Assembly: GCA_016906335.1 (NCBI GenBank)
Contig: JADEYG010000007.1
Location: 1,054,001-1,118,000 of the forward strand
Length of the DNA: 64,000 bases
DNA from: Novakomyces olei
Lineage: Eukaryota
Direction: 5' to 3'
Shown one piece after another: positions 35,110 to 48,725 of the stretch. The notes beneath the pieces are model-generated. The model saw only the letters and a list, made by a program, of their open reading frames with translations. It had not been told where the DNA came from and made no database searches. The position numbers and the translations under genes were made by a program. Numbering within the stretch: the first letter of the stretch is position 1; each line of letters opens with the position of its first letter.

Positions 35110-37033
35110 TTATGCTTCAGGCTTGGCTGCAGGCGCGGATTCCTCGACGTTGCCCGAGGTGCCAAAGTATCTGCGTAAAGCCGGACCGTAAAAGTAAAAA
35201 ACAAATGGAATCACCACCATTCCCAGACTGATAAAAGCAAATACAAAGCTTGCCCACAAGTATCCCATATTCCTGTACATGGGAGTGATAAAAACAAGAA
35301 CGACAGCGGCACCACCCGAACGCATAAACGTCTTGGCAGCCAGTGCACTAGCAGCAAATTGAGCACTATCGATAATGAAATTGTTGACACTATAGTAGAT
35401 GACCACCATTCCTACTCCAAAAGGCAGCCCAGACAAGCAGGGAGCAATCCAAGGCACACCGTGGTGTGACGTAGATCCCAAGATGAAAAGCGAAATGGGA
35501 ATTAAAGGTGCGGTCCACATGGCCCCCACCAACCGATCCTCCGGCATGGGGTAGCCCCGCCTGCGGATATCGCGAATGTACTTGCGCTCGAAAATAGGCG
35601 TAATTACAACGGCAATAATGGCACCAACAATGATAGAAATAAACATGAGTGAAATGTAACCGTTTCGCCAGTTGTAGAGGTCGCCAAAGATGACAGGGAA
35701 GGCAAAGAAGAGGGCATACAACAGTGCATAAATAAGCAAAATGTAGAGGTTCATTAAATCCAAAACTGGATCAGTCATGATCAGCTTGAAAGGTCGGATA
35801 AGCGCAGTGTTGATAATCTGTCCCAGTGAGGCCTTGAAGATTTCTTGCTCCGTCATAATATTGGGATTGCCAGTTTCCTTGCGAAGCCGCTGAGCGCGTC
35901 TTTTCAACAGAGTCGGTGCATAAGTTTCTGGGCAGATAAAAGAGCCGCCCCACATGAGACCAGCAAATATCATGTTTGCCCAGTATACCCACTGCCAATT
36001 GGTGGCAACATCAATCCATCCGGAAACAACCGGTCCCAGTACAGGGCCGGAATAAGGCCCAGCGGAAAAGAACGCAATAGCCATACCTCGCTCATCACCG
36101 TCCCAAACGTCAGCGATAATACCACCGGCAAGAACAAGGCCAGAGGAGGCAAAAATTCCAGAGAGGACGCGGCACACCAACATGCCCGCAATGGTGGGGG
36201 AAAGAGCACAGGGAATTTGCAGGATAACGTAGATACCGAGGGAAATAATGTAAGTGTACTTGCGGCCGATAGTCTCGCTCAAACCTGCCCAAATCAAATT
36301 GCCAAACATGAAACCGGCCACCATGAAAGAGCAGGTAAGTGTGGCCACGTACTCGCTGCAATGAAACCGTTCTTGAAATTTGTCAAAGACCATAGTAACG
36401 ACGGCGGAACCAAAAGCGACACAGATAACGATAGTAGCCTGAAACAGCGTGATCACCCATTTTGTAGATTTTTTCCAGTTCTACACATCAATGATGACGG
36501 GTAAGCAATTTGTGCAAAGAAAAATGTGACATGGCTTCGCGACACCGCTGCCACCACGTCACGTAAAATGGAATATAATTATTGTCTTTTTCATGGTGGT
36601 GCCTTACCCTTGGGTTCTCTGGATCGTTGATTTTCCAAGTAACGAGTTCAATCTTGTCAGGCTCCACTTCTGCGGGCAGACGCGTGGCAGCGCGTGTTGC
36701 GACACGTGATAATGCGGTTTGTGTACGCGAAAGGCTTCCGCCTTCAGCAGTATTATTGGCGCCACTGGCATTAGACATAACGGCAGAAAGGGCATTGCTC
36801 TGTGCCTCAGATAAAGGCATCATGCCCTCCCGTGTCTCTTCCGTGTACTCCTGAGTGAACCCGGCTTCTGGCTCTGTTGTGTAAAACGGATAATTGATGT
36901 CCGGACGGTTAGTCGTGACATCGCGGATCGACTCGCCACGCGAGTTGTGGGATAGAACAGTGCGCAGCTGACTTTGCTGCTCCGCTGTCCGCTCCTCCTG
37001 CCGCTGTGACTCGAGATCCGCTTCTTCAGGCAT
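35110..37033 (-). CDS. MFS drug:H+ antiporter, DHA1 family (Tpo-like); intron 36481-36607
   Basis: W..NDPENPR|NW...KW, LSETIGRK, GPVLGPVVSGW, PETYAPTLL, PEDRL; about 12 hydrophobic segments. Confidence 0.92.
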
Positions 37034-38456
37034 TTTTATGTAGTGAGAATACTATGCAAACGGCACACAACACGGGGAACACGAGTGAGGATCGATGAAT
37101 AAAGATTGGTAAAAGGCGGTAAAAGGCAGTTTTTAATTCAACAAAACAATTGATTAAAAACGTCAGGCCTTCAATGCATATATCCTCAACGGAAAAAGGA
37201 ACAAATAACAGAATCAATTTGCAATTTGGCAGCATTGGCTCCTTTTATGCCTATCGCCACCAACAATGGCGGCCCCAAACGGGTAAGCCGGCGCCCTATT
37301 GAATCCGGTCTGGCCGTCCCGAACGGGAAAAGGGCCTGTTGGGCGTCAATCACCAAGGAAACCCTGACAGAATTATACTGCGTGTTTTATTCACAAGTAG
37401 TATATGACTATATACTTTATTGCCAAATGTCGTATATACAACGGGTTTTTCTCGCAATTTTATACATTGTAATCGGCACATGGTTACTGTTGCTAGGCAG
37501 AATTATTGCTTGCTCACTGCGATAACTCTACAGTCACACTTTTATGTTTGTTTACACTGTGTAAGAGTGGGCACTCTGCGCGAATTATACTGCACACAGT
37601 CTCGACACTGTCCATATGTCTAATCCATCGTTGCTCTAGAAGCATTCAAAACTAATATAATTCGTTATTCGCTTATGATTTATCAAGTCGTGGCTGATGC
37701 CGGCGAGTCGGGTTTGTCGTGTGCCCGACTCGTGGCCGCCGACTGTATAGCTGTCGCCGACTATACAGCTATGTCGCCGACTGTAATACATACAGCTGTC
37801 TGTCCGGCCAGATTGTCCTATTATGAAAAGATGATTTATTTTCTCCATTATCGTTGTTGTGCTGTCGATACCGGATTTTTATTTTTTACTTTGTTTTATT
37901 GTATTTTTTTTCATCACACTTCGATCCTGTCCGTTGCTCCCTCATCCAAGTATCGTTGCACGCTTATTCTTTATGTGGCGTTTTTTATTAATTCACACTA
38001 CTTGTTACTTGTTACTGAGGATAGATTGCAAATCATCTCGATTAAAGTCGTTATACACGCTTTTTAAGTAACCATCTCATTATACTTCCCAAACCATAGA
38101 ACCATAGAGCTCGTCCTACGCACAAAAATTCTTTTATATTCTTAATAAGTCATCGCCACATATTTTCGCCACATAAAATAAAGTAAAATATAATAAAATA
38201 TAATAATAATAATAATAATAATAATGTTGCGCGTTCGCTGTACCGGACAACAAGTCCGTTCTTGTGCTTTCAATTTTAAGGTATTTTCGTTGCTTTAGCA
38301 GCCTGTGCAAAATCTTATTGCAAGGTACAGCCGCCACGTGAAAGCCTGAAATCAGTTAGAGATTCAAGTAAAGTCATAGATTTTAAATAAACATGAGGAA
38401 ACACAAAACACGAAATATAAATATATATATATATATATTTTTTTTGTCCAAATCAA

Positions 38457-40175
38457 TTACCATTGTTGCCGTTGCAATTCATCCATCCAACATAGAATAA
38501 GACGCATACGAGCCTTTACTCCTCCAATGCTCAATAAAATGTATCGCTCGTATTCATCTAGTGGTAGTACATTTGCCAACCAAAAGCTGTAAACCTCCAA
38601 ATCCGCGCTGGCTCCAATCGAAGGCAAAGGCGGCGGAGCTCCGTACAGAGCGTCCATTCGACCTAGCCGACGACCGCACATACAGGCACGTGAGCGCTCT
38701 ATAAAAGCTCGCGCCCTGTTTATCATCTCAGCTAGAGATTCTCCTCCATCTTCGGCATCGGCCAGTAAAGACTCCGGTTTTTCTTGGCACGGTTTTCCAC
38801 CATTGCCTTCGCTCTCGCCTTCGCCTACAGCGGTTCCGCTAGCCTCAACCAAATCGGCACCGTACCCACGTGGCCGAATTGTACTACTGCCAAACAGAAA
38901 AGATGCATCATCGAGGTACCTGACGTTGCTGACACAGTACCCATCGTGCATTTTCCATTGAAGAATCTCAAAGCGTCTTACTCCCCTTGTTTGAAGCATC
39001 ATGCGGCCGTCTGGAAGAGTTTCCGTATTTTCGATACGTAACAAGGTACCGTACCGCATACCCGGACAGGATTCAGCACTGTTTGTCCCTGGAGAGGAGG
39101 CAGATGAAGCGATCCCCAAGTTTTCAAACGAGACAGTAGCCGGTTGTTCAAAGGGCTGTCTCTTTGGCAGTACCATACCAAAGCAGCGATCAGTGGCCAG
39201 CACTCGACGGATCATTAGACGATACCTAGGCTCGAATATATGTAAATACAGGGGCGCGCCGGGGAAAGCCAGGCTACAGACAAATGTAGCTATCCAGCTC
39301 GTCGTCTGCCCCGGTCCAGTCGGGGCCGGTTCTCCCAGCAACTCGGACCATGCGGTTTGCTCTTCCCGCAGCATAGTGGCATAACGCTCCTCCCAAACTT
39401 GCCTCCAAAACGTCAAAAACAGTCGAGCTATTGCGACATTAGCCCCGATAAGCTTGCGTGGGTCGGGAGAGTACAATGCGCCAGCAGGAGGGCACGTTCG
39501 TTTCCGGCAAAAAGAGCAAGAATCAGAGTGCTCGATGGACCGGAGCAGGCACGAACGGCAAAACGTATGACCGCATCGGATAGTAATGGGATCAAACATT
39601 GGCAGAAAGCAGATACGGCATTCTAGTTCGCTGTAAATACTAGCCTGCAGCCTCTGCATTGACAGTGCTGGAGAAGGCGGTGCCATTTCATGCTGCCAGT
39701 GTTGTAATGCCTCTTCTGCCAGCTCAATATTGCAGGGACTAAAGATCTTTGGGATGCTATAGGCCGCCGCTGGCGCTGGAGCAGCCCCGGATATAATTGC
39801 AGCATCGTACGCTGCCACGTTCTTCACGTCCTGTGGCTCACGAGACTTGCGAGCCCGTTGCACCTCCAACTGAACAGCGGCCAAGACCTTGGAAAGGGTA
39901 ACATCGACGAGACGACGGCAGTCACACACGCAATGGCATACAGCGCACTCTACCAGCATTTCATCGTTAGCAGACGAAGCAACGGACGTTGCCTCGGCAG
40001 TATGACTGCTGCTTTTCCGTTCTAATAGACAGTCACGGCAGAACGAGTGCCCACAGAAAAGGGTGATTGGGACCCGCAAAAGGCGATGGCAAATTCCGCA
40101 CTTGAGAATATCCAGCGCAGGCGCTATTTCAACGGCAGATTGCCGACCGAGCGAGGCGAAAGAATCAATGTCCAT
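38457..40175 (-). CDS. LON peptidase N-terminal (substrate-binding) domain and RING finger protein (LONRF)
   Basis: Two C3HC4 RINGs (C.IC...P.T..CGH.FC..C) followed by LAFPG.P..LHIFEPRYRLMIRR....FGM. Confidence 0.9.
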   Translation of the reverse strand: MDIDSFASLGRQSAVEIAPALDILKCGICHRLLRVPITLFCGHSFCRDCLLERKSSSHTAEATSVASSANDEMLVECAVCHCVCDCRRLVDVTLSKVLAAVQLEVQRARKSREPQDVKNVAAYDAAIISGAAPAPAAAYSIPKIFSPCNIELAEEALQHWQHEMAPPSPALSMQRLQASIYSELECRICFLPMFDPITIRCGHTFCRSCLLRSIEHSDSCSFCRKRTCPPAGALYSPDPRKLIGANVAIARLFLTFWRQVWEERYATMLREEQTAWSELLGEPAPTGPGQTTSWIATFVCSLAFPGAPLYLHIFEPRYRLMIRRVLATDRCFGMVLPKRQPFEQPATVSFENLGIASSASSPGTNSAESCPGMRYGTLLRIENTETLPDGRMMLQTRGVRRFEILQWKMHDGYCVSNVRYLDDASFLFGSSTIRPRGYGADLVEASGTAVGEGESEGNGGKPCQEKPESLLADAEDGGESLAEMINRARAFIERSRACMCGRRLGRMDALYGAPPPLPSIGASADLEVYSFWLANVLPLDEYERYILLSIGGVKARMRLILCWMDELQRQQW

Positions 40176-41982
40176 GTCTGCCTATAATCTTTTTGCTTCA
40201 AGCAGAGCTCGGGACAGAGATTCTCGGGGTAAATTAATTGTGATAATCCACACAAAGAGCAGCGATACTTGCTCAGTGTGACAGTAAGGAGCACTGCTGT
40301 GAACAATCGATCACTGTGCAGGTTTCCGCAATGTACAATAAGCCATAGTCGGCGCCTTTGTATTCGATGAATTGAAATGCACCGTTGATCGCAGTATATA
40401 CTCCGTCGCGGCAATTAGGGCGTAATTTCTCAAATCGTACAGTGAAATATTATGAAAATAATGTACCATGTTTACGTAATATAACATATATAAGAAATAC
40501 GGTTACCTGTATGGCGGATTGTTCGCTTTCGATTAAACACGGTGTATTATGCGTCGCGAATTTAGTATGGCTGCTATATATTAAATTATATACTATTTAT
40601 TATGAATAAATGTCGTGGCCTGAAGGGCCGCGGAAGCGGGAAAACCTTGTGGGGAATTGGAGCACTGCTATCGAAATCTATTTAGACTGCCGAGATAGGT
40701 ATAATGCTCTAGTCATATGATGTCTCTAGTCATGTATGGCTCTAGTCATATTGCAATGCCCATGCAATTTGAAATGTCAAAGCACCTGCATGCTAAACTG
40801 TACCGTAAGCTCTATTATAAATGCCCTGTTCGGGCCGACTATGAGGTTTATTATGCCGGCAGGCTTTGATTAAATTGTTGCAAACTTTAAATGGCTGGCT
40901 GTCAGGTTACATTGGTGGTTCTAAATTATAATGCAAATATGTGAGTGCTGGCTGGAGTATATGACTGGCGGGCCAAAGTGCAGGCAGGTTTGACACCCTC
41001 CTGATAATTTACACAAGTGCTGTAACGCGTAAATTAGGCCGACAAAGTTTCCGTACCCAGACAGTGCAAGGACATGAAATTTGACAGTTTGTCGTGCGCA
41101 GAGTCTCGGGAAACTTGCCACCATATAAAGGCGTAAAGTCTCCTTGTCAAAGTTTCCTTGGAAAACTGGTCTTGGCAGATTACGCATAGAGCATTGTTGA
41201 AATGGTAATTAGACATGGCGTACATATATATTGCATGTCTTACGGATGCTATTGGCTGTAATGGCTGAGCTTTAAAAGGGAGCACCTTTGAACTAAAAGC
41301 CAGGTTTAGTACTGGCATTGACTAAAAACTATAGAAACTCTCTCAGAGTCAAAGTCGCCAAAGTTCGCCACATATGTGGCTCGTCGAATCCAAACTTATC
41401 GGTCCGTGTCCCACACTATTACAAAGTGTGCTATTATCAAGTGGAGATCAATAGTTTCAGCAGCGATTTATTGTATGAATCATAGATTATTGCTTTGCAA
41501 GACATTTCCTTTAGGCTTATCGGTCCGGCTACTCAGGGTTTTCTCTGCCTATCCTGGTCAATCAACCGAAGCCTTTGCCGGTATTATTTGTAAGGCTCAA
41601 TTTGTTTTGTACTAGCAAGTATCATCGGCCAAAGGGGAAACATTTTATTAAATAGAAGACTAATAAACACGACTTAATAATATAAGGCCCTCCGTCCGTA
41701 CATATAATAGCTGTTGTGCTGATACTTTGATTATTTAGATTCCAAGTAAAACGACCACATACTACAATCGAGCAGAGTATTAATTTATTTCACTATTAAT
41801 GTTTAATTTTTGTGCTTGGTGAAATTTCGCTGTTCCGACAGAACTTTTTACTTGGTGAAGGCGAATTTATTCATATGATAGGCACATACGAATATGATAG
41901 TATCAAATTCAGGATTGAGGATTAAAAAAATTATTGATAAAAAAGAAGGAAATTAAAATAAAAAAATTCAAAAGCGAAGCAA

Positions 41983-44900
41983 ATGGCTTCATCGCTGCAG
42001 ACGCAGCTGCAGCAGTTACAAAGAAACCGCATTGCCGTTGATCGTGAGAACAGATCACGTCGTCAAGCGTCTCTTTTATTTGAACCTGGAGAGGCGGCAG
42101 CTGTTGACAATCATGATGTTCTTGCCATCGCACTTAATGGGTTGGACGTGCTTGCTCGCACGGTCCCAGGTTTGGGCCGGTTCCGCGACTCTTTGTTTTC
42201 CCCTCAGTCAGTGGCATACAACCGTGAGCTCAAGGTAATTTGCGAATAGGTTTAATGCGTCGAATTTAGCTAACATTTTGCAAATTAGTCAAGCGAAGAA
42301 AATTCCCAGTTAAATGATGAAATAAAACAAGTATTGATATTACTGGCGCCGTACTTTCGGGAAAGTTCGTCGCTCAAAATGCTGGAATGGCTTATTCGGA
42401 GATACGGGTATGATATCGAGATCTTTTATAAAGTCCACTTTTGCGTTCTTTTTCGTCCGTTTGTTGGCTTTGTATTATACGTAATCAATGGAAGCCCATT
42501 TTAGGAGTAGATCACTGTCACCTCGTTCTTGCTCCATATCAATCTAGTCAAAGGCTTCTATCGATTTGTTGTTTTCTACTCTTATTATGTCTGTCTACAA
42601 TGCCGCTGTTTAATGCATTATTTGGCAATATTTCATTTTGAGGTGTATTTCATTTTGAAGTGTATTTCATTTTGAAGTGTATTTCATTTTGAAGTTGCTA
42701 ACACACTTGCCAGAGTGAACGAGTTCAATGCGGAAATCCTTCTCCTTACCTTTCTCCCCTACCACGAGCACGCATTCTACGCACGGCTTTTAGGAATAAC
42801 TACTGTCCCGCAAACGCTATCTTTTTTACTGAACGATGCAAAACGTAAAACAAGTCCAGCGCGGGCAACATTACTGCATGCACTTCGCAATGATCGCGCT
42901 TTCCTGACTCTCTTTCTGGACCATGTACAGGAGGTAGCGCAAGTCGGGCTGGGCTACCACCTACTTTACCAGTTTTTCAGCATTGTAGTGCCCATCACGA
43001 TTGCCTCTATGCTACAATATGCGCCTCGGTGGTCGGCCGAGGACGTGTCCATTACCTTTCTCCCCATTGTAGTCGAAGGCGTGCGCATGTCTGGGCAGCC
43101 AGACTACCAAATTGCAAATTATTTAATCCTCTCTCTCCTGACAAAATCCCGTGTCTTGGCAACACAAGTGCTGGTGGATATTGAAGTGGATATTTCACGC
43201 AACATCTCTGAACCCGCTGCGATTGCGGCCCTAGTCTGCCTCGCTCAGATTGAGCAGTCTAGTCCTGGAGTAGAAAGGCATTCTCGAGTGTATCGCCATA
43301 TTGCCGCCCTTGAAAATGTGAAAGAATTGCTTTTGCGTGTCGTGCAACTTGTGCCGGCAAATGTCCTGGTTTCGCAGCTAGTTCTCTACTTGATTGGAGC
43401 AGCAAAGTCCGGGCAGGAGCACGGACAAGGATCCACTGAGCTTTGTGCTGATATCGTCCGCCATGTCCTGTCCAAAGCCAGTCTGACGGAATCGCAGCGG
43501 CAATTGATCTATGGCAAAGCCTATCGCAAACGGCAAAAGAAACGGGTCTCTCAAAATTTTACAGCCATAAGCGATGCCCTGGCTCAAGTGGCATTGGCTC
43601 CATCCAACTCGGGGCCCCTACTGCCGGAGCCAGTCTCTGTCATGCTGGAAGACGTGCCCGGGGCCATCGGCAGTGGAGCCGAAGCGGCCGCTCAAAGTCT
43701 CGTTCTGAATGGCTCCAGTATAGAGACTCTACGCTCCGCTAATGCATCATTTGGCCGTGAACTGACTGAACCTGTTCGGGTGGCCCTTCGTCAAATAGAC
43801 TCGAGCGCTCTGCAACAGCTTGTAAGCGAATACGAATCGTCTGCTGCCGCCTTGAATCTGTGCTTGGCTATAGTGGGTGTTGCTAATGTCCACGATGCTT
43901 CTGTGCATTTAGCCCTGAGCAAGATTCTGAGTGAAATGCATCACAATCCCTTGACCGATTACCAGATAATTATCCCCTATTTGCTGGCGGCTATTCAGCA
44001 CATGAACCAAGGTATTCGTCGACTGTCTTTGGACTGTTTGTCCCATATCCTGAAATCCGACACGCTCAAGTCAGAGGCGTTGAAGTATGAAGACGTTTAT
44101 GAGAGCAGTGGCCAAAACAAAAATGGCCAAAACAAAAATGGCCAAAATAAAAATGGCCAAAACAAAAATGGCCAAAATAAAAATGGCCATGGTCAAAACA
44201 AAATTAGCGAAAATAAAAATGGCGAAACTGGCAAACTCAGAGCCAATGACGATGCGCATATCGCCTACCTCTCAGTCAAAAACTTGCACGCATTAGCCGG
44301 CCGAGACTCTGTACAGTCTGCAGGCAGACGGGACGACCGGCCGGAGCTTTCGCTGTGGACAGTACTGGAAAACACGGTGGTGGACAACGAGTTTCTGCAG
44401 TCCAAATTGCCGAGTCTTTTCACGTCAAAAAAGTCTCGGCACTCGCTCTCATCGCTGGGAACCATTTTCACACTCTTTCTGACCTCTACTCTCTCCCTAG
44501 CGCCCTATGCTAATCTCGTCCACACCCTGGCGAGACTGCTCTCGCTTTTGCCCGGCCCGGCTATTGATCCCCTGACAGCTGTCTGCACAACCAAGCTCTC
44601 CCACTCCCTCACTCATCGGCAATCTTGTCGCACTGTTCTGGCGCATGAATCAGTGGACGTGGAGCAGTACCTGACAGCTCTGCTGCTGTGCACAAAGTCG
44701 CCCGCTCAAGCAGGGCCAATGCTCACCCAATTCCTTCTGCTGTCAGACATCTCTGAGGACTCGCTGTGTATGGTGATTAGAGCAATATTCAGGCCAGAGA
44801 TGGACCTGGCTCCAGCAGCCAAATCTGACTTTTTCATGAGCGCATTAGCGCCCTATATTGGCCACGAACTGCCCTCGCAGACGGTAGCAAGTGCCCTGGA

Positions 44901-47900
44901 TGCATTGCAATTAGACTCTGCCACTATTGCACACACACTTGCTCGCCTGGCTGGCAGCAATAACGAGGGCACTGTTCTCAGCAAACGCAAGCGGCAGGAA
45001 GAGCCTACTGCCGCAGAGACGAGTGCCACTCTGGATCAGGTAACGGCTCTGCTCGAGTACATTGAACGCCACGGGCCCCGTGGCTTTATTGCACTAATCC
45101 CGTCGCTCTTTTCCGTGCTGAACGGAGTGCTTTCTCTGCAGCAGCAGCAGCAGCAGCAGCAATCTCAGTCTACGAGTCAGTCAGTGAGCCAATCCTCGAG
45201 CCAGTCTACGCTCTCTGTCAATTATCTTGTGCAGTTATTGCTGCTCAGTCTGAATACAATGGTTGTAGAGTGTAAACAGTCGTCCACTCCCTCACAGATA
45301 GACGCGTTAAGGAGAGTCGTACGCGTCGACGCGCTTATCCAGTGTGTACGCAACTCTGACAATGCTCAGATCCAGAACCGAGCAATCTTGCTGATAGCCT
45401 TACTTGCTGACTGTGTTCCCGACATTGTGCACCACAGTCTAATGCCGCTCGTGGCACTTATGGGCTCTACAGTCTTCCGCCGTGACGACGCGGTCAGCAG
45501 CAGTACGATTGAGAGGGCTCTGCAGCTTATTGTCCCTTCGCTAGTACGCGGCGGCCACGACGAGGCCAGTCCGAGAGCCATTCTGCACAGTTTCCTTGTC
45601 GATGCCTTTAGAAACATACCGGCTCATCGAAGGCTGCGTATTTTTACTATGCTCCTGCAGGTCCTTGGGCCACAGGACTATTTGGCTACTTTTCTGGGCC
45701 TTTTAGCGGACCGGCGCATAGTGGATAAAAAGCCGGCCAAAGATGTGGACTATACTGCGTTTGCGGGGGACGTTATTCGCGAGTTTCCGCCCATTGTGGC
45801 CTATACTGCTTTTATTCAAATAGCACAGGCTATTGGCAATACCAAGGCCGTTGGCAGTAATAGGAATAGTATGGAGAGTGCTAGTCAGAGTACCAAAAGT
45901 ACTAGTCAAAGTACTAGTCAAAGTACTAGTCAAAGTACTAGTCAGAGTACTAAAACTCCATACAGACAAGAGGCACTGCAAGTCACACTGGGCACGCGTG
46001 AGCTGCAGACACTGCTCGAGGCTCAGCAGCCTCGTCGACGTCGGCAGCTCTGTGCGGCTCTGTTGAGCAGAGTGCAACAGACTCTGCGCTCGGCAGAGTT
46101 TATCGAGTCCTTCCAGCACAGTGTGGAGTACTCGAGCGACTATGTGGTCGGCCTTATTGCCCCACTGACGCGTCTGGTGGGTGGCCAATCAGCTGCCGCT
46201 GCTGAGGCCGCTATTGACGCGTCGCTGAGCAGTCTAATTGCCTCTGATTTCGTACGCGTTTCCACTCAGCTGCTGTGTAATGTTACTTCTACACACAGCC
46301 AAGTAGTGCTGCTGGCAGCATTACTTGGCCGTGTCAGGTCGGCGAAGCTGGATCCCGTGTACCTATCGCTGCTGCCGCCAGTCGTGGCCGTTTGGCGGAG
46401 CAGCGAGGGCGCTGGAGCGGCAGAGCTGCAATCGCTCTGCTGCCAAACGGCCGCGAGTCTTGGGCAACGGTTCCATCAGCAGTCGGCACAGTTTATTCCC
46501 TGCCTTGAGCTTGTCTGCTCTGAGCGCGGGATCGACAGTGCCAGTGCAGTGGTCCATACTGAAGCAGTTCGTACACTGTCCGTACTCGTACGCACTCTTG
46601 GCGCCCGAGTGCTCAAGCACCTGAGCCATGTGATGGCGAGGTCTGTTGAACTGGCACAGGGAGTTAGTGTGGACGGTATTGGCAAAGATATTGACAATTC
46701 TATTGACAAAATTAATATTGACAATTCTATTGACAAAACTAATATTGACAAAGATAATGGCAAAGACATTGGCAAAGATAATATTGACAAATTTAATATT
46801 CACAAAATTAATATTGACAAAGACAATATTGACAAAATTAATATTGACAATTCTATTGACAAAGACATTGACAATTCTATTGACAAAGACAATATTGACA
46901 AAATTAATATTGACAATTCTATTGACAATTCTATTGACAAAGACACTGACAATTCTATTGACAAAGACAATGACTCTGGCCAGAGCATGGTCCTGGTCGA
47001 GGCAATCTTCTCTCTGTGGCAGACGCTGGTAGAGACGCTTGCCTCGTTTATGCAGCCATATATCGCCAGTGTCCTGGGCACGATTGTCCTCATCTCGTCT
47101 GCCCTTGGGCAGACGGGCGACGATGCCTTTGCTCAAGATGCCCTGTCAGAGCTGTGCCAGACGCTTGTCCGCCGTATCTCTGGCCGCGTATTCCTCAAGG
47201 GCCTTTTCGCCAACTGGCCAGCCTGTCTCGAACGGAGCAAAGACGACCGTCCTTGCCGCGACCTGCTCGCTCTTGCCGCCCTCTATATCGACAACGGCTC
47301 TCGCTCTGCCATTACGGGGAACGCTGAACTGATTTTGCAGTGCTTTTTAAGCGTTCTGGACGAGAGCGTATCTCTTGTCCGCGGACGAGAACTGGAGCCG
47401 ATCGTTTTTGCTGCACTTGTCAGTGTCGTCCTGAAGCTGAACGATTCTACTTTTCGGCCTTTGTTTCTCTCTATGCGCGAGTGGAGCAGAGTTTCTAATA
47501 GCAGAGACATAGAAAAGGATATAGAAATAGACACAGACAAAGAAAAAGAAAAAGAAAAAGAAAAAGTCACAGACACAGACAAAGAAAAAGACACAGACAA
47601 AGAATGGGAAACAGACAAAGAATGGGAAACAGCACTGTACAGGCCGCGTGTATTTTTCCAGTTTCTAAACGTCCTTCAGGCGCGGCTGCAGTCTGTCGTG
47701 ACAGACTACTATCGCTACGTTTACGCTTACGCATGTGAAATGCTGCAATACTCTGTCGGCCGCAGTCATTCGGCCTCAGTAAAAACCCGAATGGCCGCTG
47801 AGCTGAGAGCAGAGGTGCTCGAGAGCCTCGTGGGCTCTTTTGCTCACGACACTGAGGATTTCTGGCGAGATTCTCGCTACTCGGAACCCGTACAGGAGAC

Positions 47901-48264
47901 GCTACTTGCGCTTATAACGCCTCTCAGTGGCAATGGGGATACACGATCAGCAGATTTGCTCGTTCACGCAATCGCTGGCTTTGCCGCTGCCACAGCAACA
48001 GACACGGGGACCCGTGACTTGCAGACGGAGATTCTGGGCCATACTCGGTCAGCGAGTGCGGCAGAGAGACGATTGGCAGTCAGAATTGAAAGGGCAATCG
48101 TGGCAAAGCTGCAGGACGAATGGCTTGTTCTCCTGCCTTCTACTATCCCTTTTATCGCAGAGCTGATGGACGACGAGGAGGAGGCAGTGGAGCTCGAAAC
48201 TCTCGAGTGGATTCGTGATATAGAAGGGTTCCTCGGCGAAAGCCTGCAAAAGTTTTTGACTTGA
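41983..48264 (+). CDS. UTP10: U3 snoRNP/t-UTP HEAT-repeat protein Utp10 (HEATR1); introns 42235-42288 and 42408-42713
   Basis: MASSLQTQL..., SLLFEP.EAA, LEWLIRRY, FLPYHE, IPAHRRLRIF, KLNDSTFRPLF, LLP.TIPFIAELMDDEEE.VE...IEGFLGESLQKFL. Confidence 0.93.
46680..46975 (+). repeat. Degenerate attgacaa-based repeat within the UTP10 ORF (IDNSIDKDN..)
   Basis: Many attgacaa cores, no stop in the UTP10 frame. Confidence 0.9.
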
Positions 48265-48349
48265 CCTGCACCGCCGGGTCGACAAGAATAGAGCGTTTAC
48301 ATTGAAACTTTAATGAAATAGAGTAATAAAAAGTATCAAGAAAGAGTAT

Positions 48350-48725
48350 CAAGAAATAGAGCAATTAAATGAGAGCAATAACAAATAGAGCAATAACAAA
48401 TAGAGCAATAACAAATAGAGCAATAACAAATAGAGCAATAACAAATAGAGCAATAACAAATAGAGCATTTACATTGAACAATTAAATGAAAATAGAGCAA
48501 TAACAAATAGAGCAATAACAAATAGAGCAATAACAAATAGAGCATTTACATTGAACAATTAAATGAAAATAGAGCAATAACAAATAGAGCAATAACAAAT
48601 AGAGCAATAACAAATAGAGCAATTAAATAGAAATAGAGCAATTAAATAGAAATAGAGCAATTAAATAGAAATAGAGCAATTAAATAGAAATAGAGCAATT
48701 AAATGAAAGCAATAAGAAAATAGAG
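48350..48725. repeat. Minisatellite, 15-nt unit aaatagagcaataac switching to a 19-nt unit aaatagagcaattaaatag
   Basis: Directly visible between convergent UTP10 and NIK1. Confidence 0.9.

Noticed and set aside
40400-41900. Short ORFs or ncRNA in the long LONRF-UTP10 spacer (also 53900-55400)
   Set aside because: No recognisable protein motif, coherent splice pattern, snoRNA boxes or riboswitch consensus; an Rfam scan would be needed
48350-48725. Regularly spaced repeats as a CRISPR-like array (also 52995-53290)
   Set aside because: Head-to-tail minisatellites without unique spacers, in a eukaryotic context with no cas genes
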